The translations under genes were made by a program, and so were the position numbers. A stretch of DNA of 58,397 nt, the filler included, from Sphacelaria rigidula (lineage: Eukaryota): NCBI GenBank assembly GCA_964200075.2. It is 6 parts of 6 records of this genome, joined end to end, with 100 filler letters (N's around TTAATTAATTAA, not from the genome) between each part and the next. Parts side by side here need not be neighbours in the genome. Positions count along the whole stretch, not along the records: positions 29,251 to 38,899 come from CAXNAA020008036.1; positions 39,000 to 48,648 come from CAXNAA020008037.1; 4 more parts are not named here. One strand, written 5' to 3'. Positions within the stretch are counted from its first letter, which is position 1, and each line of letters begins with the position of its first letter. Shown here in pieces: positions 35,948 through 46,179 of this stretch. A model generated the notes under the pieces. It saw only the letters and a list, made by a program, of their open reading frames with translations, made no database searches and was not told where the DNA came from.

Positions 35948-38537
35948 GCTACGGGTATACTCCGTAATGATCGAAATGATGGGCGTATCGACCCTCACTT
36001 TAGCCGATCGCCGCTTGGTACAGTAGTCGTGTCGCAAGCGGCGCAATGTGTGCAGCAGACGGTTCGTGCCCTTCTACACACAACAAATTCACGTGACTTT
36101 TAGTAAGTAGTGCGGTAGCAACCGTCTCAGTATGCAGAATACTACAGAGTCCGCAGTCGGTGGCGGGCACGGCGAGCATGAAGCGATACGAACAGTCAAC
36201 ACAGCCGGCAGGGGCGACATCGTGCTATTTTACGGTAGTAACGCTGCCGGCAAAAAAACACTGCACTGTCTGTACTGTCTGTCCAGGGTTCTACGGTCAT
36301 GACGAAGATGCACGGAGTGCTGCAGCAGCTATGCTGTTGGCACTGTACATACATGGACAACTACTTTTGCACTGACTGTACTGCGCTTGCATGCGAGGAG
36401 TGTGTGATGGAGCACTGACTGTGCCATTGCGGGTGCGGTGTGCGAGGAATGTGTGATGAAACGACAATTTGCAGACTGGAAAAAGTCTCTGCGAATCAGT
36501 GGCGATTCGCGGAGTGATCTGTCGAAATTCCGCTGTCTGCGAGTTGTCGCCAATCTCTAGAGGCTTTTTTCATGAAAAATGACCCTCTAACGTCCCGTTC
36601 TGGAAAAAGTCTGTGGAGACTGACCAAAACGACTTTTCTCAGAGACTTTTTTCAGTCTATAAGAAGCGGCCTTCAAGTAATGATCAATTCCTAGTTGAAT
36701 GTCAGCACCTGAAGATGATGACTGAAATATGACGAGAGGTGTGCATCCTTCGCCCTTAACAACGGAAAGAAGAAAAAAATAATCCGTGTCCACTGTTGCG
36801 GTATCTTTTCCGTTTTTGAAAGACTCTCGCCAAGCAGTGCCCCATGACCAAAAAAAGTATAACCACTCATATGGGTGGGGAAAAAATCCTTCCACCTTTT
36901 ATTATGACCGATGTTGCACTAATTTTTTTCAATTCGAGACCCCGCGTCATTAGAATTTGAGAGCGTTATGCGTGCTATATTTTTGCGAACACCCATAACG
37001 CTCTCAAATTCGAAAGACGTGGACTCTCAAACAAAGAAAAACTGGCGCACCCATAACGCTCTCAAATTCAGTTGACGTGGGCTCTCGAACCGAAATAAAC
37101 TGGCGCAAGATCGATCCTAATAGAGGTATCTCAAACTCGGCTCCCCGCTCTATCCATGTTATCGGTAAGCTGCCCCCCTTTCTCTGGTCCCTAGATCAAC
37201 CATTTTTATCCGATTATGTTCCGAATCCGATTTTTCACTTGTACTGCAATCCGTTCGCTGGACCAGGTGCATGTTGTGACGATTCGTCCCGATCCACAAG
37301 CCAGATCCCGCGACTCTTTGATCCCCCACATGAGCATTCCTCGGGGCACGGGGAAGGTAATTCATCGAGAGATGAGACACGCATACAACCCTCACTTAAT
37401 TCAAGATGCTATGCCAAATGCAATACGTACATGATTCAGCTGATGTTGTGTGTTAACATGAACCGTTTCTCCGGGTACGAGGGATGTTGTCCGTGAGTTG
37501 ATGAGGCGAATTGATTTTATACTGAACTCAAAATAATGCACCCTGAGCATTGAAGCTGGATTTTGCATGGTTCAGGTGATTTTTAATGGGATTTTGGGGG
37601 GGGGGGGCACAACTGAAAATCAATATCATCATCGATGGAGAGATGGGGCGCATAATATCCACACTATTTTTAAGATGGTGCACAAAATGTAGTACATGTG
37701 GATTTAGCACTCGGGTTTGGGGGGCTGTGCATTGACATTTGGTTAGAGAATAGAAGGAGATGCCTGAAAATACACACACAACATGGGATGTCACGGTTTA
37801 TTTTCTCATGAGTTGACATTTCAAAAAAAGGGTAACATTGTTTCTTGTCTTGAATTTGTGGAAAAAAAGGCATTCAACGTCTTGAACTAGGTTTTTTGTT
37901 CATGCCCCCACGATACCCCGTTCCTAGTTCTGAAGCGTACCCTCAAAACTGAGCTACTAAATCCACTTTCGAGCTTGAATCTGCTCCCAGGCTCGCCCAG
38001 CTCGTACATCAGGGCAGGAAGATCTGCGCCCTCTGGCCTTTGGCCACCCACTAACCCGTATCATTTTGGTTAGAGTATAGTGCAGAGTACAGGACAACAA
38101 AATTCGCGGGATACGGGGTTGGCAAAAGGAATTGCTGAATCCCTCTTGCGAAAATAAATGAGGCATGCGCAGAAGAAATATGAAATACCAAAACATGAAG
38201 AATAACTACTGTGTTGGCCTCCCCGTATGATCGCGGCTGGTGCGCTCACATATACCGGAAGGTGTAGACTGGCGTCCAGAATAGATGGGAAGACGACATA
38301 CACACACACACACGATCGTGTCACGTTCGCAAGTATGAGGCCGAAAGTTCGTTTCAAATCCGTCTCCGATTATTTTTTTTCCAAGGTGGACACGTCGTCT
38401 CTCAACCCGACAAGCGTGAAGCAGGGGTATTTGTTCGAGCTGCCGGTGCAGAAGTGGAGCCGTACAGAGCGCACCTTGAAGAATCGCCTACTCGCCATCA
38501 CAAAGTCGTCTCTAGTGGAGATGGACGTTGCAACCAG
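29736..38537 (+). CDS. Partial gene (6 internal exons) encoding an RME-8/DNAJC13 (GRV2)-like N-terminal domain; both ends lie outside the contig
   Basis: Exons 29736-29836, 30524-30668, 31217-31315, 31949-32149, 32789-32935 and 38386-38537 splice into one stop-free frame. It aligns by eye to human DNAJC13 as recalled: AARFFVTRLGFMRRKCRRMMAF ~ [31 protein letters not shown] ~ FSTEHRTELL; LRVGPTSLDRVD ~ LEVTPGGFDQIN; LFELPVQKWSRTERTLKNRLLAITKSSLVEMDVAT ~ [35 protein letters not shown]. Confidence 0.85.
30524..30668 (+). CDS. RME-8-like exon (LGFMRRKCRR...PSDKVNQ)
   Basis: Pyrimidine tract plus CGCAG|; donor CAG|GCAAGT (GC), or the weaker AAA|GTGAAC after 30659. Confidence 0.8.
31217..31315 (+). 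CDS. RME-8-like exon (GKGIILTSD...AFSELQ)
   Basis: TCACAG| acceptor; donor CAG|GCAAGC (GC); phase 0/0. Confidence 0.8.
31949..32149 (+). CDS. RME-8-like exon (DSARDRPL...FTDDATQ)
   Basis: TTTTTCTTCAG| acceptor, CAG|GTACGG donor; phase 0/0. Confidence 0.85.
32789..32935 (+). CDS. RME-8-like exon (MLVDCHGG...RVGTWE)
   Basis: TCATGCAG| acceptor, GAG|GTAATG donor; phase 0/0. Confidence 0.85.
33040..33307. repeat. ~110-bp imperfect inverted repeat (hairpin) inside the element's left end
   Basis: 33040-33151 (GGCGGATGCGCCGGGCAATATTTGGAG...TTTTCGTGAG) matches the reverse complement of 33197-33307. Confidence 0.8.
35598..36671. mobile_element. Non-autonomous DNA transposon with ~30-bp GGCC-starting TIRs (PIF/Harbinger-like) and subterminal repeats
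   Basis: TIR GGCCGCTTCTT(G/A)TAGACTGAAAAA(A)GTCTC. The subterminal GAAAAAGTCT / GACTTTTCTCAGAGACTTTTT motif is repeated near both ends. The TSD is imperfect (TTT/TTC). Confidence 0.75.
35876..35944. repeat. (CA)n microsatellite
   Basis: ~34 uninterrupted CA units. Confidence 0.97.
36914..37109. mobile_element. Small MITE-like inverted repeat with an internal duplication
   Basis: GAATTTGAGAGCGTTATG.GTG is inverted against two direct copies of CACCCATAACGCTCTCAAATTC. The outer arms TTCGAGACCCCGCGTCA / TGACGTGGGCTCTCGAA also pair. Confidence 0.55.
38386..38537 (+). CDS. RME-8-like exon (VDTSSLNP...LVEMDVAT)
   Basis: TTTTTTTTCCAAG| acceptor, AG|GTATGA donor; best match to DNAJC13 [27 protein letters not shown]. 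Confidence 0.85.
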
Positions 38538-38899
38538 GTATGATGCACGGAACTACGAAGGTTTCTTTCCTTGAATAACATGTCCAGCCCTTTTTTTTCT
38601 TACATCGTTTATTTCTCCTGGCTTGTTGCTCAACCGACTCGTTTTCAGAGCGTGTTTTCTTTTTCTTCATTTCGGCGGGCATGCATGTTACGATCATGAA
38701 AGGGTTTGTCTAGTATAATGCGAGGATCGATCAATATCGTCCATGGCGGGGTTCTACTCCGCCTTTTTTTGTTTTATTTTATCATTGAACTGCGGAGTGG
38801 GATGTTCATTCGCCATTATTGTACCCCCCCCCCCCGCACGCACGCACCCACCCACCCCCAACCAAACATATTTTTTTTTTTTAATGACTCTGTTATGAT

Positions 38900-38999
38900 N
38901 NNNNNNNNNNNNNNNNNNNNNNNNNNNNNNNNNNNNNNNNNNNTTAATTAATTAANNNNNNNNNNNNNNNNNNNNNNNNNNNNNNNNNNNNNNNNNNNN
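38900..38999. other. Artificial assembly linker
   Basis: N44-TTAATTAATTAA-N44. Confidence 0.98.
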
Positions 39000-39451
39000 C
39001 CCCCCCCCCCGGTACATGCTTGCCATTTTGGTATCGCGGGTTGGATCATGACCATCAGCACTCCTTCCAAGGACTCGCGGCGATTCTCGTCATTTACGGA
39101 AACAAGCTGCTGCCGAACAAAACTCCTATCCGTTCACACTTTGGACAGCTCATGAGCTCCCTCAACACCCCTTCCTATTTGTGTACTGATCCGGATCATG
39201 AGCTAGCTCACCTGGCCCCCTTTTCCAAAACTTGTTCCCAAGAGCGCTCGCTGGATGTCGAGCACCCGGGGTCACGCGAAGGTATCGATTTGGCTTCTCG
39301 AACCGCTGTCACGTATCTGACTCTTTCTACCATAGCCCCCCCCCCCCCCCAAACCCATCCCAGACCTTTCACGAAAACAAAACGGGCAAACAGCGCCAGA
39401 CGCTCTGCTTCACCGCGACCAAATCGCTTCATATGGACATTGGCAGGACGC

Positions 39452-39730
39452 CGCCCCCCGGTGGTGTAATCGTCAGACTGTCACCATTAGGGTGGAGAGA
39501 ACGGGGGTTCGATTCCCGATGCGTTGGGTATTTTCTTCGTCATCCATGATTTCTTCCACCGTGGAAAGCGTGAGAACGTAGGTTGACGCGGTGCGGGAGT
39601 GCTGGTCCAATCCGTGAGAACAAAATGAAAGGCGCATAATGGGAGAGAGATGGGTTGATCCCTTGAGATCACGGACTCATCCCGAGAAAGGGGAGGGGTT
39701 CAAAGTGTGAGGGGAGAAAAAAAAGAAGCG
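39452..39730 (+). mobile_element. tRNA-derived SINE, family B
   Basis: A box TGGTGTAATCG (39462) and B box GGTTCGATTCC (39506). Core GTTGACGCGGTGCGGGAGTGCTGGTCCAATCCGTGAGAACAAAATGAAAGG is shared with four other copies; the end is A-rich. Confidence 0.75.
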
Positions 39731-40135
39731 AAAACGAACCCAAGCATGGGTGATCCCCGCTGCTCGTTGTGCTCGACTTTTTTCATGTCGATTAACGTGA
39801 AAATTTTGCCTCTCCTAAACCAGCCAGTTGTTTTTTTGGGGGGGCTATCGTAGCGTTTGTTTGTTCGTTTGTTTGTTTTTCTTTATTTCTTTTCTCTCCC
39901 CGTTGAACTCGGGGGAGCTACTTCTCTCTCCTTATTTTCATTTCCGGTAATAGGTCTCGAAGGGAATATCAGGGAGAGTATTGGAAAGGCGAGTCTACGT
40001 CTGTGACAACGGGTTCGCGAGATCACACTCATGTGCGGAAATAATAAAAATAAAAATAATTTTAGAAAGTGTCATTTGGTGTTCAAGCACAAGAGATCTG
40101 AGAGCCCTCTTCGATTAGTTATTTTAGGTATTTCG

Positions 40136-40356
40136 CAAGGCTATACACGTTACACGTTCGCGTTCGCGTTACGTTTATCACGTAAAAAACAATTAACGTT
40201 TACGTTACTTTACGTGTGTCACGTACAAAATATATAACGTTACGTTTACGCTACGTTCATCACGTGAAAAAAAATCACGTTTACGCTACGTTTCGACCAA
40301 AACGTGACATGAACGTCACGTGTAACGCTATGGCACGTGTAACGTGTGTAGCCCTG
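40136..40356. mobile_element. hAT-like MITE
   Basis: TIR CA(A/G)GGCTA(T/C)ACACGTTACACGT; 8-bp TSD GTATTTCG / GTATTTAG; interior built of ACGT-containing motifs. Confidence 0.85.
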
Positions 40357-40656
40357 GTATTTAGCTCATGAGCTCCCCGACGTGTGCGTCCTCCGTCCTC
40401 CATTGCTATCAGTGTAACCGATTAGGTCCAACCCACAGGGCGCGACATACAGCCCGCGTATTATCTCACCTCATCGACGGCGCTGACCAACCTTCCCATA
40501 CCCAGCGGGATCGTCAAGACATCCCCCGCTTTGTCGTCGTCCTCGCCGTATCCCAGAGAGAACACCGACTGCGTCTGGTGGTTACAGGCAGCAGGACGAG
40601 ACAAGCCGAAAGTGCGCAACGGAAGGGGATAATATACAACACGGCAGAGGATGGGG

Positions 40657-40948
40657 TGTGACCCGGTTCACTGGTTGATCGTTTGCCTTCATGGTCGATC
40701 GCCCCTTGCACGAGGAGCAGACATTTGATCAGTTAATGGATTGATTTCTGTTCCGAACGAACAAATCCGCGAACGAATCATCATCCAGCTGAGGTCACAA
40801 TTATCGTGATCCAGTGCAAGAAAAAAAAAAAACGGAACGCGCTCTGTGCATGTAGAAAACTCACGGGGAAAAAGGGGTAACACGAATAATGACGATACTA
40901 ATAATACAAAAAGGAGAGTGAGCAATCGATCCAAGTGTAATGTACACA
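40657..40948 (+). mobile_element. Putative LTR (292 bp) with a PPT upstream and a PBS downstream
   Basis: Purine tract AGAGGATGGGG lies immediately before TGTG...CACA, which is followed after 1 nt by TGGTACCGCGCC. Single copy, so boundaries are unconfirmed. Confidence 0.35.
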
Positions 40949-41276
40949 CTGGTACCGCGCCTAGCCCCGATCAAGCTACCAACAAGTGTCCAGAAAATAT
41001 GCCCATTACCGGTACAGCTATACACACACATATATATATATATAAGGATCAGACGGGGCCGCCGATAGGCGGCCCAGTCCTCCACGATAGGCGTGGAAAG
41101 GGATTAATTTAATATGGGATATGGTAAAGGCAATGACTCCTACCAAGAGGTTGAGCCAAAGATTGGATATTTGTATCCGTTATGAAACTATGCTATATGT
41201 GATGAGTAAAGTATGAAAGATCCGGCACGGGCGTAATGTTTGATCCGTTCGTTCGCGCATTTGTTTTACCCTTTCA

Positions 41277-41959
41277 GGGCGTGTCTTAGGCCAACTCTAA
41301 TGGTAGCCGTTCAAAATCTCTCTCGAAAACTGCCTTTTGAGCACTTCCTTCTCCGCCGATTCACGCCCGAAAAGAGGGCTAGACGCATGTTGACGTCTTG
41401 GAATGACTTGCTCTACTCGGTGGGACCGTTCTAGGTCAACTTCGCATTTCCCGCTGGCCGCACTTTTGTTTTTGGCCAAATGAGGCCAAACACGGATGTT
41501 TAGTATAAAACGGCCAGGTGATCACAATTTCCCCCTGTTTTTTTATCGCTTGACCGTCTTTTGTTGAAAATCCGTGTTTGGTCAAAAATGAAAGTGCGGC
41601 CAGCGGGAAATACAAAGTTGCCCTGTAACGGCCTCAATGAGTAGAGCAAGTCATTCCAAGGCGTCAATATTCGCCTAGCCCTCTTTTCAGGCGAAAAACG
41701 ACGGAGAAGGGCCAAAAAGGCAGTTTTGAACAGAAATTTTGAATGGCTCCCATTTTCCCCCCCTCTAACTGTGAATCCCTCCCCTTCCTCGGGATGAGTG
41801 CGTGGTCTCAAGGGATCAACCCGCCTCTCCCCTGGTACGCGCCTTTCATTTTGTTCTCGCGGATTGGGTCAGCACTCCCGCTCCGCGTCAACTCACGTCA
41901 CACAAACCCAGTCGACTACTACTTTGTTTACTCATGCAGAGTTGGCCTAAGACACGCCC
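41277..41959. mobile_element. Foldback MITE (Harbinger-like ends, ~200-bp arms) interrupted by a SINE fragment
   Basis: TIR GGGCGTGTCTTAGGCCAACTCT / AGAGTTGGCCTAAGACACGCCC with flanks TCA / TTA. The long arms share TTGGAATGACTTGCTCTACTC and TTTCCCGCTGGCCGCACTTT. Confidence 0.8.
41753..41937 (-). mobile_element. 5'-truncated SINE family B fragment nested in the MITE right arm
   Basis: Reverse-complement match to 39575-39700 (CTCGGGATGAGT.CGTG.TCTCAAGGGATCAACCC...GCGCCTTTCATTTTGTTCTC.CGGATTGG..CAGCACTCCCGC.CCGCGTCAAC). Confidence 0.75.
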
Positions 41960-42444
41960 TTAGACCGACTCTACTTACTTGGAGCCGTTCAACCTTTCTG
42001 TTCATAACTGCATTTTTGACCCTTCTCCGTCGTTTTACGCCCCAAAAGATGGCTAGGCGGATGTTGATGCCTTGGAATGACTTGCTCTACTCATCGAGGC
42101 CATTCCAGGGCAACTTTGCATTCCCCGCTGGTCGTACTTTCATTTTTGGCCAACCACGGATGTTCAACAAAAAACGGTCAAGCGATAAAAAAACAGGGGG
42201 GAATTTTCATCGCCTGGCCGTTTTTTGCTGAAAATCCGTGTCTGGATTCATTTGGCCAAAACAAAAGTGCGGCCAGCGGGAAATGCAAAGGCGCTCTAGA
42301 ACGGTCTCAATGAGTAGAGAAAGTCATTCAAAGGCGTCAACATCCGCCAAGCCCTCTTGTCGGGTGTAAGTCGATGGAGAAGGGCCCAAAAGGCAGTTTT
42401 CGACGGGAATTTTGAACGGCTCCTATTATAGTTGGCCTTGACAC
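41960..42444. mobile_element. Second copy of the same foldback MITE, abutting and inverted
   Basis: Same arms. The asymmetric centre (GGTCAAGCGATAAAAAAACAGGGGG) is the reverse complement of that in 41277-41959. Confidence 0.8.
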
Positions 42445-45400
42445 TTTATTTTTCGATTGAAGTGCGGGCGATTTTTTACGCCGATCTGATACGTGCACCG
42501 CATTTATGTTCCCAGAAGGATTCAACTCAAAATCATAATTAGGGGCGCACGGAGAAGAATGCAACGAGGTTGAAAACAATCGTGTTCGATCGAAAACATG
42601 CGGTTGAAAGGCACGAAGCGGCACTTGACTCCTATCTTACAGACCACCACGCCAGATAAGACCTGTTCACAGGACCATGCAAACTCCATCCAACTCATTC
42701 GTAGCTACCACCGCAATCCTGCAGCATAGCGCACGAGTTGAGCCCAGGGATAGATACGCTGCTGCAGTACAGTAGTAGTTGGTTGTGCTTTATTTATTTT
42801 TTGTTGGCGAAAGCTTGATTTTGCATCTTCTCTCATGGCAGGAATCAGCGACGGAACTGCGTGGTGCGGTGCGCAACCGAGTTGCGTGCACGCTCATGGA
42901 CAGTGCAAGCAGCACAAAGCTGCACGTTGCTGAAGTCCTCTTCACGTCGCATTGTAAGAAGAGGGAACTGATAGTCCTGGGCTGTATGCCCACGTTGCCA
43001 GCTTCTCTTCATATATCCTCCCGAACGAAACACGCACACACGCACCCAAGACACTGCTTGCAAGCAATACACACAGTACAGACAGAGACAAACCCAACCG
43101 CGGGAATTCGGCTGTTAAATTCACCCAACCCCGAACGCCGGGAAATCGAATTTTAGGAACACAGAAAGGCCTGCAAACAGGCAACAACAAACACAGCGCC
43201 TGTGATTGTTGTTGATTGAAATCATAGTGATATGACGCACGCATATGTCGCGCTTACACGATACAGACGCCTATCGTGTAAGGAAATATAAATATAACCG
43301 CGTTACGGTTTGATCGTTTACAAATACAACAAAGGCTGCGATTGCCAAATAATAGACAACCCAGAAAAAGAGACGAAGAAAAACAATAAAACTGCGACAC
43401 CAAAATTCATCTGACTCCAAGATACCGTTCTGCAGTTTGTTCAAGGCTCGAGAATTATGGATTTTTTGAAGACGCAAACAAGACTTGGAAAAATTGAAAC
43501 CACAACGCAATACTCCAAAACGAATCAAAAACAAAAACAAGACACAAGAAAATACACACTGACTCAACCCAGCAGCGACCTTGTTGCAGTGGGTGCGCAA
43601 GCTATCGGGCTAACCCGTGCCTTTCTGTTCTTGGTTGTTGACCCGTCCCCTTTTTTCGGGGTTGGTCAACACTTCCCCCCGCACCCCCCGGGGAACAGGG
43701 GGGGGGGACTTTTTCAAGCGGACGCAGAGAAGAAAAACCGTAGACATGGACCGAATAAAAGCTTTACCACCCCACCAAAATGAAAATGAACAACACCTGA
43801 ACAACACGAAACGAAAAAAGAAAAAAGGAAACGAGAATCAACCGTTCTACCCTTGTTCCACCCTCTCTCGAGTAACAGGGCGGCGGGCGGGCAAATTGAT
43901 TCGAACACGTTCGAGATGCACCACTTGTACTGTACTTGACTGTCTTGCACCTGTGCCTGTCCGTGGCCTTGCTCAATATTGGCGAGCGCGGAGTGCATGT
44001 TGGGCTTGGTGGGGACTGAACACAACTGAGCGAGGGTGGGCGGATGTGCATTTTGTTCTCTCACAGTGACCCCTACCATCCTGCTGTGTCGTCATCCGCC
44101 AATCCGTGACCTGATCCTATAATTCGTCATCCGCCAACACAAACCTCAGATTTCTTCGAAACAGTGTTACGCCCAGTTTAGTGTCACGTTCTTCACCACC
44201 ACCCCCAAAATGAAGATGCGACGGAGTCTAAGAAGTGTACAGAAGGTTATATCGGATCTAAAGCGATATACAGCTATAGTAAATATCCCATGCAACCCCT
44301 CTGTTGAACTCCGGTTCAGATCTATCCAGTACAGCACACGCACGATCGACGGATGACTGGGAAAAAAGTTACGGAAATCGGTACAAGCCCAAAAGCCATT
44401 TTCCAATATGGCCTATCGACACGCGATCGCAGATAACTTGCGCTGCACAAATGACGGGTAGCCGAAACTCAAGAGGCAGGCTGTAATTGCTAATAGCCAT
44501 CGTTTAACATCAATTTTGCACCAATCAGTTCCCGGGATCGTGCGTAAACTGCAAAAGATGAACCTTACTATACGTCATCATTTCTCGTTACGGCAAGGGT
44601 ATGCGCAGCCGCAACGTGGATGGCTCATAGCTATGCGTCTTAGCTACACATAGCAATTTGATTTGTGTCTGCAGCTGCTGTGTGTGTTGATATATTGCCA
44701 TCTCGGCGGGGGGTGTTGGGACACGTGAGATGCGGTGGAAAAGCGTGTCAGATACTCCGGAGTATACAATGAGAGGAGATATCCAAAATAAGCCGGCGGC
44801 AATGGCGCCGCGTTGAGGTGTGTTCGTTGTCGTACGTACATATATTCTCCCGCGCTTTTTTATGGAAACAAGAGCGTTGCCCGTCAGCAGAGAAGATAGT
44901 TCAAACGTGTGCATGTCGTCATAGCTGCGGTAGCGCGCGAGGTTGCTGCCCAAAGCAGAGAGTGCAAACACATCCATACTGTCTTCAGCGAGACCGTGAC
45001 CCCCCCCGCGTGCGAGGTCAGTTCTCACGGCAAACCAACAGCGTCAAAAACATACTGTACGAAATGGGGTAGCTGACGGTGATTTGAGAATGTATCCCGG
45101 CCGGGCAGTTGGTAATCCGAAGCGTTGGGCGCTGAAATTTCGACACTTTTTTTCACCACTCTATGCATAACCTTCCCGGGGGATGCCAAGGAAAAAAAGC
45201 ACACAGTTGGAGCGATCTGAAAAATCTGAAAAAACTACAAGAATGTTATAACTCCGTGAAAATAAATAAATACGTGGGCATCGCAACCGTAGTTGTGCGT
45301 CCTTAATTGGAAGACATCCTGGTGCAATTGCGGCCAGAACTTCAAGAAATTTTGCGCAGCATCCAACTTTTCGTGTGGCACGGTTCCGCTCCTTTCATCC

Positions 45401-46179
45401 AAGTGACGCAGTTGACCCCAATTATGGAGGTCACGGGTGCGAACCCCGACAGATTCTTTTTTTTTGTTCCGTCGGTTGGGTGGTACGTTATGCCGTACAT
45501 TTCTTTCATTTTTTATCTTCTTTCAGTGGAGGTCCAGTGCGTTTCCACGTTGGTCTGCAGGCCACACCGATATACAAAAAGAAAAAAAACAGCCGTTCAA
45601 CATGTTGCGTTTGCTATAGTATGCGGTTTAAATGAAACGTGGCGAAAATCAACCCCATGTGTGATGCGCGAGACCGTTGGTGAGATGACCCTCCGGTTCG
45701 GTGCACATCGTGCAGTATCAAGGATGTCGGCGAGAGTGTGGCGAAGAACACCACTCGATCTGGTCGTCGGACCGTTCAGCACAATATGATACGAATGATT
45801 CCCGGCACTTGTCTCCCTGCGCGAACGCCATAGCGTTGAGGCGCGAGCGTTGGCAGCGCTGCATGGTAAACCGAGAGGTTGACTGGCATACTATGGTGAC
45901 GGTCAGATTAGTCGTCTTGCGTTGAAACACTTACTTCATTGACCTTACCATGTAGCCTCATGCACCACAGGCAATTTGCTGGTGGGCGTAGCTAGATCAC
46001 CCCCAAAAAACTTTTGCACCCCACGGTGCACCTCACATGCACGAGCCGTCATGGCCATGTACATGGGACACGGCTCATGACTACAGCGTGGAAAAAAAAA
46101 CTGGACTTGTGCAGAAACGTTTGCGCAATCTATCTACAGAAAAAACGGCCCCAATATTATCCGCAAACTCAAGTCAGAA

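Larger units (their letters stand above)
33003..38004. mobile_element. TA-flanked TIR element (Tc1/mariner-like ends) occupying most of the 5.4-kb intron; a second right end lies at 34204
   Basis: Left end TA|CGAGCTGGGCGAGCCT (33003). Right end AGGCTCGCCCAGCTCG|TA (38004). Internal right end GGCTGGCCCAGCTCG|TA (34204), preceded by the same TTTCGAGCTT.AATC motif. No transposase recognised. Confidence 0.6.

Noticed and set aside
35744..36103. CV-repeat and TH-repeat ORFs
   Set aside because: Translations of the (CA)n microsatellite.
42841..42960. Continuation exon of the RME-8-like gene
   Set aside because: It is on a different contig, and the phase-compatible frame does not resemble the expected next RME-8 segment.
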